Source: Promethearchaeota archaeon (lineage in GTDB: Archaea > Asgardarchaeota > Lokiarchaeia > Sigyniarchaeales > SOKP01). From it: 32,000 nt of DNA. The translations under genes and the position numbers were made by a program. Location: NCBI GenBank assembly GCA_030606485.1, contig JAUWGH010000008.1, positions 120,001 through 152,000 of the forward strand. The letters are read 5' to 3'. The notes beneath the pieces were generated by a model. The model was given only the letters and a program-made list of their open reading frames with translations. It ran no database searches and was not told the origin of the DNA. This document shows, piece after piece, positions 16,305 to 25,724 of this stretch (positions are counted from its first letter, which is position 1; the number at the start of each line of letters is the position of its first letter).

Positions 16305-16426
16305 GTTAAATTCACATGAGAACTTATTCACTTTATTTAGTCTTTTACATATTAGTTATATATTGGATTCAAGATAAACTATATATAGAAGAAAATAATT
16401 AATTCCAAAATACCTATTGGAAGTTT

Positions 16427-16807
16427 GTGAAGATAATGAAAAAAACGATTTTTATTGCAGAAGATAATGAAGTTTATTTAAAATTAGTTAAGGCTGTAGT
16501 CAATACTATGCCTGATTTAGAAGTTATAATGGAGACTGAAGGAGGGCGAGCTCTTGAATTGATAAAAAAAAATAATCCTGATCTTATTATTTTAGATATT
16601 CAACTTCCAGGTATAAATGGTATAGAGATTTGTAAGGAACTCCGGAAATTAACTGAGTTTAAAAATAAACCTATAATTGCAATGACAGGTTATCCTGAAG
16701 ATTTTGATGAATCCATTGTTTCAGAAGCTGGTTTCAGCAAATTCTTTTCAAAACCAATAGAACTTAACGATTTTATAAAATCAATACAGGATTTTTTATC
16801 TATTTAA
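16427..16807 (+). CDS. Single-domain response regulator (CheY-like receiver)
   Basis: 'IAEDN', 'LIILDIQLPGING', 'IIAMTG', 'FSKP'. Confidence 0.92.
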   Translation: MKIMKKTIFIAEDNEVYLKLVKAVVNTMPDLEVIMETEGGRALELIKKNNPDLIILDIQLPGINGIEICKELRKLTEFKNKPIIAMTGYPEDFDESIVSEAGFSKFFSKPIELNDFIKSIQDFLSI

Positions 16808-16905
16808 CTAGATTCGATATAATTTTGAAGTAAAATAAAGAATAATTGATTTTAAGAGACATCGATAAATCACTATTTTTTTAATTGTTTTTTTAGATGA
16901 TTTAT

Positions 16906-17586
16906 TTAAATCAGTTTTATTTCTTTTTTTTTAATTTTTGTAAAAGATTTAGAAAAACTTTTTTTACAAATATCAATAATTGGACATAAATTACATTTTG
17001 GATATGTAGGACGACATATTTGCTGACCAAATTTTACTATTAATCCATTAGATTCTATCCATAAATCTTTTGGAATTATTTTTTTTAACTCATTTTCAGT
17101 TTGTTCAGGTGTTTTTGTATCTACCCAACCAGTTCTATTGGATATTCTATGTACATGTATATCCACGGCAATAGCTGGGATTTTAAATGCATATATCAAT
17201 ACACAATTCGCCACCTTATTCCCAACTCCAGGTAATTCTATTAATTCATTAAAATCTTTTGGAACTTGTCCATTATATTTTTCTACGATTATCTGAGAAA
17301 CTTGTTTAATTCTCTGAGCTTTCGTTTTATACGTTCCTGAAACGTAGATTAATTCTTCAATATCTTCTAAATCTGCCTCGGCGATCATTTTAGGAGTATA
17401 ATACTTTGTGAATAATTTATCAGTTGCAGCTGAAGTATTTTTATCTTTAGTTCGGACTGATAGAATAGTTGAGATTAAGATTTTGTAAGGATCAATACTT
17501 TTAGGAGTTCTCTGGACTAGTTCTTCCAAATGGGATATTCCATTCAAAGATTGTTTTATTTTTTTAAAAATTTCATAAAAATCCAT
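16906..17586 (-). CDS. nth: Endonuclease III (HhH-GPD DNA glycosylase with 4Fe-4S cluster)
   Basis: 'LISTILSVRTKD', 'LPGVGNKVANCVL', 'AVDIHVHRISNR', C-terminal 'CRPTYPKCNLCPIIDIC'. Confidence 0.95.
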   Translation of the reverse strand: MDFYEIFKKIKQSLNGISHLEELVQRTPKSIDPYKILISTILSVRTKDKNTSAATDKLFTKYYTPKMIAEADLEDIEELIYVSGTYKTKAQRIKQVSQIIVEKYNGQVPKDFNELIELPGVGNKVANCVLIYAFKIPAIAVDIHVHRISNRTGWVDTKTPEQTENELKKIIPKDLWIESNGLIVKFGQQICRPTYPKCNLCPIIDICKKSFSKSFTKIKKKEIKLI

Positions 17587-17601
17587 AAAAATCCATAAAT
17601 T

Positions 17602-19014
17602 TCATTTGTTATTATCTAATTTTTGAAAGAGGTAAAATTTGCGCTTTATAATTTGATTTTTTTTTGATTCAATAATCGATTTTAAGCTATTTAGGTTTAA
17701 TTGTAATAATTTATTAGACTTACTGAAGATTCGATTTTTTTTAAAGATAGGAATTAAATTTAATTTATGTTTTTCAGCGATTTTTTGAAGAGGGAGTTGG
17801 ACTTCAAGATTTTCAACGGTTTCAATTACGGGTGAGGTTAAACATAATCTTTTGCCAGGTTTAAGTAATTTATACGCTATTTTTATTAATTCTTCAAAGG
17901 TGGGGCGAATTTTTGTATCTAATAAAGTCTTTGCATCTTTAAAGTCTGGTTTTTGTTTATAAAAAGGACCAAATATGGGTTCTGTGCATATTCCATCAAA
18001 GGAAGATTGTTCAAAAATATTTATCAGATCTTTAATATCAATATTTTTTATTCTTTCTTTAAAATTCGGTATATTTTCCTCTTCTAATATCTTTCCAACC
18101 CATCTTAAATTTTTTATTGTATGTTCAACGTATTTATTTTTAATATCTGCTCCATAAACTTCAAAACCATTAATATACGCAAAAATAAGAATTGTTCCTG
18201 AACCACAAAATGGGTCAAGAATCCTTTTGGATTCTTTATTTTCATAAAGGTTTAAGAAATTAAGCATAATTTTAGCAAATTTTGGAGGGATAGATCGCTC
18301 AAAACTTGTAAAAGGACGCTTTTCATCAATCTTTTTTTGAAAATTTGGATTAGTCACTGTATATGTTCTTGCAATATAACATCCTTCTTCTGTGAAACCA
18401 AAAATTATTTCTGCGCGATTTTCCTCTAATAGATTATACCTAATGACATGGTGTGGAAATATTGGATTTAAATTTCCAGTTTCCATATTTCTTTGAGGAT
18501 ATTTATAAAAAATAGCCTTTCTTGCATTCCTTTCTTTTAACAATCTTGAAAAATTTTCATTTAAAAAGGGTAAAAAATGTTTAACTAATATGGATTTATA
18601 ATAATCATCAATATAAAGATTAGGATAAATTGAAACCGCAAAAAAGATGCTTTCATTTTCAATTTTAGGGAAAACTTTAGGTAATAAATCATTTAACTTT
18701 TTAGATATATTCGTTCTAAAAGGCTTAATTTTTTTATAGGAAACTACTAATTCAGGAAATGCTGATTTTACCTTAGAAATATCAATAAAATCTAGTATCT
18801 CTGCAATTTTTAATATTCCTCCAAAATAAAATTGTAATAATTCCAAATTATTAACATATGTTTTGGGATTTAATCCCTCTTCAATTTCTACTATTGCAAT
18901 ATTAGCTGAATAATCTATAATTCGGCCTTTAAATGGTGGATTTCGTATAATAAGGTCTATTTCTGCTAAAGATAAATGCCAATTAGAACCAAGAACAAGT
19001 AGAAATCTTTTCAT
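17602..19014 (-). CDS. trm11: Trm11/TrmG10-like tRNA (guanine-N2) methyltransferase
   Basis: 'LSLAEI' N-terminus, 'KRPF...RSIPPKFAKIMLN', 'LDPFCGSGT', 'TEPIFGP'. Confidence 0.7.
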   Translation of the reverse strand: MKRFLLVLGSNWHLSLAEIDLIIRNPPFKGRIIDYSANIAIVEIEEGLNPKTYVNNLELLQFYFGGILKIAEILDFIDISKVKSAFPELVVSYKKIKPFRTNISKKLNDLLPKVFPKIENESIFFAVSIYPNLYIDDYYKSILVKHFLPFLNENFSRLLKERNARKAIFYKYPQRNMETGNLNPIFPHHVIRYNLLEENRAEIIFGFTEEGCYIARTYTVTNPNFQKKIDEKRPFTSFERSIPPKFAKIMLNFLNLYENKESKRILDPFCGSGTILIFAYINGFEVYGADIKNKYVEHTIKNLRWVGKILEEENIPNFKERIKNIDIKDLINIFEQSSFDGICTEPIFGPFYKQKPDFKDAKTLLDTKIRPTFEELIKIAYKLLKPGKRLCLTSPVIETVENLEVQLPLQKIAEKHKLNLIPIFKKNRIFSKSNKLLQLNLNSLKSIIESKKNQIIKRKFYLFQKLDNNK

Positions 19015-20120
19015 TATTTTTTTTTATTATTCTTTTTTTGTGCTGTATTTTCATCCGTGCCCGCAACTTTATCAATATCTGAAATGATCTCATCTATATC
19101 TATTTTTTCTCTTTTATCTCCGACCATATCTAATATTTTATCTTCAGCCATTTTCTTTTTTACTGCAGCGGTTTTTTTTTTCTTTTCATATTCTTTCTTT
19201 TTTTTAATACGTTCTTTTTTTGTTGTCTCAATTATGTTTTTATAATGGTCTTTTAGATATTTTAAACTAAAATTAACTATATCTGAAATAGATTCCCAAT
19301 TTTGATCATTTAAAATATTTCTAGCCCAATGATAAACACTATCTTTTAATTTTATTGAAACAGCTTTTCCTCCAGAGATTTGTTCTTGAGATAACCACTT
19401 AAAAATGTTAGAAATAAGCATAGAGTTATCTAATGCTCCAAAACCATATTCTCTACTTAAAGAGCTAAATATTGATACATTACCAATAGATACTACTTTT
19501 CCTTTGTAAAATTTAGTTGCTACAAGTATAGGGATATTAGGACAATCTTCGTGATTCCAGTTACTTCCATCATAAATTTCCCTCCAGCAGTTGAGTCCAC
19601 CATATGCTATTATCTCGATTTTTATATTTTTATCTTCACTGTATTCAACAACATCAATTGAACATCCACCTGAATGCACAAATGAATTTAGATCTTCAGT
19701 TATTGAGTGATGTATGAATTTTTTGATTATTGGACGTTTTTGCAGATTTAAATAATAAACTGAATCATTAATTCGATCTGGAGAAAATGTAAATCCAAAT
19801 TCCTTGGTTAAATCAAATAAGTTAGTTTTATTGGAATAATCGCCCCCATTATTACTAATAATAAATAAACTCCCGCCTTTTTTAACGTATTCAATTAGAA
19901 CTTTTATTTCTGATTCGGAATAAACAGAGTTATTGGGGGCACCTATAATTAATAAATTATATTTTTCTATTTTTTTCACGGAATTTATTCCTGCTTCGAT
20001 TTTTCCGAGTTTATACCCACTAGTGAATAAAAATTCAACAAAGTCAATAAATGAAGGACTTTCAATAACTAGCTTATTTCCGTGGGAATAATCAAAACAA
20101 ATCTTTATATCTTGACTCAT
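19014..20120 (-). CDS. GIFT/DUF4350 (GldG/IFT52-like) domain protein with C-terminal RHH-like segment and Lys-rich tail
   Basis: 'ICFDYSHGN', 'LIIGAP..VYSESEIKVLIEYVKKGGSLFII', 'GKVVSIGNVSIF', 'DNSMLISNIFKWL'; stop overlaps the trm11 start (TAATG). Confidence 0.65.
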   Translation of the reverse strand: MSQDIKICFDYSHGNKLVIESPSFIDFVEFLFTSGYKLGKIEAGINSVKKIEKYNLLIIGAPNNSVYSESEIKVLIEYVKKGGSLFIISNNGGDYSNKTNLFDLTKEFGFTFSPDRINDSVYYLNLQKRPIIKKFIHHSITEDLNSFVHSGGCSIDVVEYSEDKNIKIEIIAYGGLNCWREIYDGSNWNHEDCPNIPILVATKFYKGKVVSIGNVSIFSSLSREYGFGALDNSMLISNIFKWLSQEQISGGKAVSIKLKDSVYHWARNILNDQNWESISDIVNFSLKYLKDHYKNIIETTKKERIKKKKEYEKKKKTAAVKKKMAEDKILDMVGDKREKIDIDEIISDIDKVAGTDENTAQKKNNKKK

Positions 20121-20207
20121 AAAATTACCACAGTCTACTTAGGATTAAATATGAATTCATAATATTAATTTTTTAGTAATAAAAGTTTTTATTTTAATTC
20201 TTAACCT

Positions 20208-21062
20208 TCATTTATTTACTAATATATCAACTACAATATGATATAACCGAGGTCCGTAGCTTTTTACAACCCTATGTTCTATTAATTCACATTGATATCC
20301 ATTTTGTTGAGCCACTTTATCAAACTCATCATAAAGTTTTAAATAATTATCCTTTTCTATAACTCCTTCATAATGAATGAATGTCCCAGAATCTTTTACA
20401 CATAATAATGCAGATGAAATGAAATCCTTCGGAGCAGGAAATACAGCCATTATTATTCTATCTGCCGTAATTCCGTTTTCAGCTAATTCTTTTACTTTCT
20501 CTTTACAATTACCGAAAATCGGAATAATTTTAAATTCTAAATGATTTAATTTTACATTTTCCTTTAGATATTCAAATGCAACTGGGTTTAATTCAATACT
20601 ATAAATTATTTTCGCTTCTGAATGTATTCCAATTGGTAAAGAAAAGTATCCGATCCCTGCAAACATATCAATTATTATTTCTCCAGGTTTTACTAGGGTT
20701 GCTAATTTTTTTCTTTCATTAAGATTACCTTTACTGAACATAATTTTTGTAATATCAAATTTATACATTACTTCATGTTCTTTATGAACAACAACGGGAT
20801 TGTCTTTACCAGCTAAAAATTCTATCTTTTCTGGAATTCTAAATTGTCCAGTAATTTTTCCTCCATAATAATACACGGATTCCATTCTCGGATTTATTTC
20901 CAGACATTTTTGTGCAATTAACTTTCTTTTTTCATATAAATCCGAATGCGTTTTAAAAATAATTGTTTTTGATACTTGTTGAAACCCTCTCGGCAATTTT
21001 TCAAGTTCTTCTTGAGTTAAGTCAGACTTTAAAGCCGTCTTAAGTTGCTCCTTGAAATTCAT
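20208..21062 (-). CDS. taw2: tRNA wybutosine-pathway aminocarboxypropyltransferase Taw2/TYW2 (Trm5/Met-10 family)
   Basis: 'KIMFSKGNLNERKKL', 'DMFAGIGYFSLP', 'IELNP.AFEYL.ENVKLN', 'IHYE', 'VKSYGPRLYHIVVD'; about 284 aa, lacking the Trm5 D1 domain. Confidence 0.72.
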   Translation of the reverse strand: MNFKEQLKTALKSDLTQEELEKLPRGFQQVSKTIIFKTHSDLYEKRKLIAQKCLEINPRMESVYYYGGKITGQFRIPEKIEFLAGKDNPVVVHKEHEVMYKFDITKIMFSKGNLNERKKLATLVKPGEIIIDMFAGIGYFSLPIGIHSEAKIIYSIELNPVAFEYLKENVKLNHLEFKIIPIFGNCKEKVKELAENGITADRIIMAVFPAPKDFISSALLCVKDSGTFIHYEGVIEKDNYLKLYDEFDKVAQQNGYQCELIEHRVVKSYGPRLYHIVVDILVNK

Positions 21063-21173
21063 ATTAATACATAAAAAGATTTAATCTTAATTAATAATTA
21101 CAATTAATATTTAAGTAAGTAAAAATTTACGCTGAAAGTTCACTGAAAAATATCTATAAATAACGATGTAAAA

Positions 21174-22427
21174 ATGGTTAAATCAATCACTCTTCCATGG
21201 GGAGCATGGTCTGGTACGGATGAGACATATATTTTGGAGTTCCCCGAGAATTGGGACATTGAAGTATTTGATATGCAAGATACAAAAGATATCACTGATG
21301 TAAAATCAATAGAAAGTGCCTTAAACAATCCAATAGGAACACCTACGATTTACGAAATCGCAAATGGCAAAAACACAGCAATTATCGTCGTTGAGGATAT
21401 CTCAAGACCCACTAAATGCGGACCAATTTGCGAACAAATAATTAAAGCATTAAACAGTAGTGGTATTTCGGACGATAATATCACTTTAATTGGTGCCACT
21501 GGTGCGCATCGACCAATGAATCGCGAAGATTATATCAAAAAAGTAGGACTAAATGTCGTTGAGCGAATTAATATCGAAAACCACCATCCTTATGAGAACC
21601 TCATAGAAATTGAAAAATCCAAGATGGGAACACCTATATTTATAAATAAAACTTATTATAATGCCGATGTAAAAATTGCTGTTGGAACCGTTATCCCTCA
21701 CCCTCTTGCTGGATTCGGTGGAGGTGCAAAAATTATTTTACCAGGAATATGTGGGATAGAAACGCTAGCAGCAAATCATAAAGCAGCTTTAGAAGGTAAA
21801 GGGGTCGGCTTTGGATTTATCACTGATTTGAGAAAAGATATTGAAGATGTATGCAATCGCGTTGGTCTTGATTTTAGTATTAATATTATCACTACGAAAA
21901 ATCGTGGAATTGCAGGCATATTTGCTGGTCATTTCGTTGATGCACATCGAAAAGCTATTGATCTCGCAAAAGAGGTATATCGACTAAACCTCCCTAAATT
22001 AGAAGATGATGAAAAGTTTGATGTTGGCCTTTTTAATCTGTTTCCAGAAGATACAGAACTTTCTCAGTCTGCTAAGGGCACTAATATGTTCATGAAAGCT
22101 GATAGTTTATTAAAAGAAGACGCTTCCGTTATATTTCTTACATCCTCTTACGAAGGCAGAGGATATCATTCTTTATTAGGCGAAAAAGGTGGTAAATTAT
22201 ACGAAAAATGGATTAACGCTGTAGAAGTTCTCTTAGAATTCTGCGAAGAAAAAACATTTTCAATTTTCTCACCAAATCTTAGTAGAGCAGATATCACTCA
22301 TTATTGGACAGACGAAATGGGTTTCTATAATAAATTTTCTGATGTTATTCAAGCGATTGAGACTCAAGTCGATGATAATCCTAAGGCGGGAATATTTATG
22401 AGAAGTATCCAACTTCCAATGGCATAA
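21174..22427 (+). CDS. larA: Lactate racemase (LarA/DUF2088) family nickel-pincer enzyme
   Basis: 'EDISRP', 'ATGAHRPM', 'PHPLAGFGGGAKIILPG', 'ANH', 'SQSAK' match LarA conserved residues. Family-level call; substrate unknown. Confidence 0.8.
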   Translation: MVKSITLPWGAWSGTDETYILEFPENWDIEVFDMQDTKDITDVKSIESALNNPIGTPTIYEIANGKNTAIIVVEDISRPTKCGPICEQIIKALNSSGISDDNITLIGATGAHRPMNREDYIKKVGLNVVERINIENHHPYENLIEIEKSKMGTPIFINKTYYNADVKIAVGTVIPHPLAGFGGGAKIILPGICGIETLAANHKAALEGKGVGFGFITDLRKDIEDVCNRVGLDFSINIITTKNRGIAGIFAGHFVDAHRKAIDLAKEVYRLNLPKLEDDEKFDVGLFNLFPEDTELSQSAKGTNMFMKADSLLKEDASVIFLTSSYEGRGYHSLLGEKGGKLYEKWINAVEVLLEFCEEKTFSIFSPNLSRADITHYWTDEMGFYNKFSDVIQAIETQVDDNPKAGIFMRSIQLPMA

Positions 22428-22465
22428 ATTTAACATAATTAGTAAAGCTTTTTAATTAAACAGCT

Positions 22466-24373
22466 GTGGTTTATGTCATTATGGACGAAAAGTGGTTAAC
22501 TAAGAAGAAAAAAATTATTATTGCGATTGCAATAGTAGGGGCATTTGCCTTATTAGTTCCTATTATGGCGTTTTCTGGCGGATTTGACATATCAACGGTT
22601 ATGGAATTTGTTTATTCACCAATAACACTCGTTGTTATTTTAGAAATAACAGTAATATTTTTATTTATTTTCTCATTTTTTTTTAAAAAGAAAGTAAAAA
22701 ACATCACACATGCATCGGCTCTAATAATTATTATATCACTTGTAATATTCTATTTTTATATTCCTTTTATCCCAGTTAATGTATCTCCCAATCATCCTGA
22801 TTCTGAGTGGGATTCGGGAGACATAGTTCATATTCTTCCTACAGTTAACGATAACAGAATCCTTTTGAAAACTTCATATAATAAACCCATTTATAATCCA
22901 ACGCTCAAGATCGGTAATAAACTTGTGTCTGGCGTGCAATTGGACACTAATAGATATTTTTGGAGCTTTGATGTAAAAAATTTAATTCCTGATACGACTT
23001 ACGAGCTTACTCTATTAAACGGTATAGGTGGAAAGTTGTGCGATCCATGGACTCTAAAGACATTTCCATCTCCTGAGGCAACTCCTGAGAGCTTAAGAAT
23101 TTTAGCATTTACTGGATCAGGAGGGCACGACGCTTGTCGAACTTGGTATGGCGCGGGAACGATACCATTATCTATACGAAAGCATATTTTGAATAAAGCG
23201 CTTTCTTTTGAACCAGATATAATTATTGGATCAGGAGACCAGATCTATTATGATATTAGGTTTGGAGTCTCATCGAAAATTATGGGCGATTCGAGAAGAG
23301 CTCAGCAATATTCTGGAACTTTTGACCCCTCAAAAGCAGTAATGGGAACTGAAAATGAAAATGTGCTCAAGAGATCTGTTGGACCACAAATTGCATATTT
23401 ATACGGAACTGCATGTCGTTCGATTCCCACCTTTTTCATTTTGGACGACCATGAATATTTTGTAAACGATGATGCTTACGAAAGCGACTCGATAAACTGG
23501 CAACTTCTAATGGCTTGGATAGATCCATATGTACCAGCGTGTGTAACATTTCCACCAGATAATTTTTCTCTTGAACTTTGTCGAGCAGCACAGAAACTCT
23601 ATATGCCAGAATTTCTTCCTGATTCTAACAGACCTCAAAGTCTACCTGGCACTGGCGCTTCCGATAGGTCGGAAGGTGTTTCGGAGTGCTTTGGAACGCT
23701 TAGATACGGAGATCTGGTTGAGGGTTTGCTTTATGATGTAAGAAGGTATATAACTCTTACTGGAGAGGATGCTGTTTTTATACCTATTGAGGTAGAAAAT
23801 TGGCTAATTAATAGAATGGCCGCTGAAGATGCTACTTATGTGATAAATTTTTCGCCGATAAGTTTCGGCTGGAGCGCTGGAAAATGGTTATCGTGGTATC
23901 CTGATGTGAAGACAAAAGAAAATGGAGTACACATTCTTACGAAGAACATATCAAAATACTTATGGCAGAGGGGTTGGTTCGAACAGCACAACCGTATTTT
24001 AAAAGCTGCGTATGAAATGCAAAATAGCAAACCTCTCTTCGTGTGCGGAGATATGCACACTCAAGCAGCAGGCTACATAACAAAAAGCGGAGTTTTAGAT
24101 TTCAGTCCGAATCCAATACCATCTGTGTTAACGGGTTCTCTCGGAGTAGATGGGGGTGGCTTTCCTTCTGGGGGCATCCGAGGAATAGAAGCAACTCCAC
24201 CTACCGATTTAGAGGTTGAAGAATCCTTACCAAGCTATGAAAAAGCAGGATTTACCATTATTGATATTACAACCGATGGAATAACAATTAGTTTCTATGG
24301 TTGGCGATTTGGGCAAGATCTAGTGGAGGCAATTGATACGTTTACACCGCACTATATATTTAAACTCTACTGA
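22466..24373 (+). CDS. Membrane-anchored PhoD-like metallophosphoesterase
   Basis: Three N-terminal TM helices, an Fn3-like region, then 'GDQIYYD', 'LDDHEYF.ND', 'LYDVRRY', 'CGDMH'. Confidence 0.75.
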   Translation: MVYVIMDEKWLTKKKKIIIAIAIVGAFALLVPIMAFSGGFDISTVMEFVYSPITLVVILEITVIFLFIFSFFFKKKVKNITHASALIIIISLVIFYFYIPFIPVNVSPNHPDSEWDSGDIVHILPTVNDNRILLKTSYNKPIYNPTLKIGNKLVSGVQLDTNRYFWSFDVKNLIPDTTYELTLLNGIGGKLCDPWTLKTFPSPEATPESLRILAFTGSGGHDACRTWYGAGTIPLSIRKHILNKALSFEPDIIIGSGDQIYYDIRFGVSSKIMGDSRRAQQYSGTFDPSKAVMGTENENVLKRSVGPQIAYLYGTACRSIPTFFILDDHEYFVNDDAYESDSINWQLLMAWIDPYVPACVTFPPDNFSLELCRAAQKLYMPEFLPDSNRPQSLPGTGASDRSEGVSECFGTLRYGDLVEGLLYDVRRYITLTGEDAVFIPIEVENWLINRMAAEDATYVINFSPISFGWSAGKWLSWYPDVKTKENGVHILTKNISKYLWQRGWFEQHNRILKAAYEMQNSKPLFVCGDMHTQAAGYITKSGVLDFSPNPIPSVLTGSLGVDGGGFPSGGIRGIEATPPTDLEVEESLPSYEKAGFTIIDITTDGITISFYGWRFGQDLVEAIDTFTPHYIFKLY

Positions 24374-24489
24374 ATTTCTACAACATAATGATTTTGAGAT
24401 TATTTTAATTATAATTTATAATTTATTTAAGAATGTTAAATAATAATAAATAAAATTTCAAAAAAAAGATAGTTGAAAGGTAAATAGAA

Positions 24490-25572
24490 ATGGTAAATGT
24501 TTATCACGATAGAGATGCAAACTTGAGAGATTTAGATAACAAAGTTATTGCAGTTATTGGTTACGGCAACCAAGGGAGAGCTCAAGCACTGAACATGAGA
24601 GATAGCGGTCTAAAGGTAATAGTAGGAAATAGAAAAGACGAATATAGGAAAACCGCAGAGAAAGATGGTTTTGAAGTAAATTCGATTTCTGACGCTGTTT
24701 CAAAATCAGATATAGGGTTTATTTTGATACCTGACGAAATAACAAAAGATATATTTCAAAACGATATAAAAGATAACCTAAAAGAAGGATATACCTTATG
24801 CTTTGCTACTGGATATAACATTGCTTACGATCTCATTAAAATCCCCGACAATATTGATATAATTATGATTGCACCGAGGATGATCGGTGTAGGAGTAAGA
24901 GAGACCTTTCTTCTAAAAAAAGGTTTCTATAGTTTTATCTGCGTTCATCAAGATGCTACTGGAAATGCAAAAAAAACATTATTAGCTCTAGCAAAAGGAT
25001 TGGGAACTTTAATGAAAGCTGGAATAGAAGTTGATATGAAAACGGAAGCCGTTCTTGATCTCTCCACTGAACAGATGTTTGGACCCAGTATGGGACGATG
25101 TCTATTAACATATGTTGATACATTAGTTGATGCAGGTTATCCTCCAGAAGCGGTGTTAGTTGAATTATATATGAGTGGAGAAATGAGCTACACATTTCAA
25201 AAAATGGCAGATATTGGATTGATAAAGCAGATTAATTTTCATTCTCAAACCAGTCAATATGGTTCAATGAGCCGTGGCATTAGATTTAGGAAAATACCAC
25301 TTAGAGAGAAGTATGACCAAATCCTTAAAGAATTAGAAAATGGGGATTTTGCTAGGGAATGGGAAGGAAAATTAGCCAAATTGAAATTTAGATTCATTAA
25401 ATTCTTTGCAACAAAACAAAGAATAGCAAAGTTGGAAAAAAAAGTCAGAGCAACTTTAAATCTAAAGGATATTGATATATATGAAGAGATGCCACCATCA
25501 ATCGAAGAACTTGAGGAGAAAGAGAAATTATTAGCAGAATTAAAAGAATTTCAAGAATTTTATGAATATTAA
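24490..25572 (+). CDS. ilvC: Ketol-acid reductoisomerase family protein
   Basis: 'IAVIGYGNQGRAQALNMRDSG', 'FATGYNI', 'MIAPRMIG..VRE.F', 'EA..DL..EQ', 'PPEAVLVELYMSGE'. Confidence 0.85.
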   Translation: MVNVYHDRDANLRDLDNKVIAVIGYGNQGRAQALNMRDSGLKVIVGNRKDEYRKTAEKDGFEVNSISDAVSKSDIGFILIPDEITKDIFQNDIKDNLKEGYTLCFATGYNIAYDLIKIPDNIDIIMIAPRMIGVGVRETFLLKKGFYSFICVHQDATGNAKKTLLALAKGLGTLMKAGIEVDMKTEAVLDLSTEQMFGPSMGRCLLTYVDTLVDAGYPPEAVLVELYMSGEMSYTFQKMADIGLIKQINFHSQTSQYGSMSRGIRFRKIPLREKYDQILKELENGDFAREWEGKLAKLKFRFIKFFATKQRIAKLEKKVRATLNLKDIDIYEEMPPSIEELEEKEKLLAELKEFQEFYEY

Positions 25573-25582
25573 TTTTTTTTTT
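25573..25582 (+). terminator. Oligo-T archaeal terminator candidate after ilvC
   Basis: T10 run immediately after the stop codon. Confidence 0.5.
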
Positions 25583-25724
25583 GATTAATTGCTAGCTAAT
25601 TAAATATTTTTTTATCAGTTTAGCAGATTTGTAAGAATTTTTAATAATATTTTAATTGAAGTTAAAAGAATTAATTATTAGTAAAATTTTTGAAAAACAA
25701 AAAAAATAAAAAGTTGAAAGAAAA

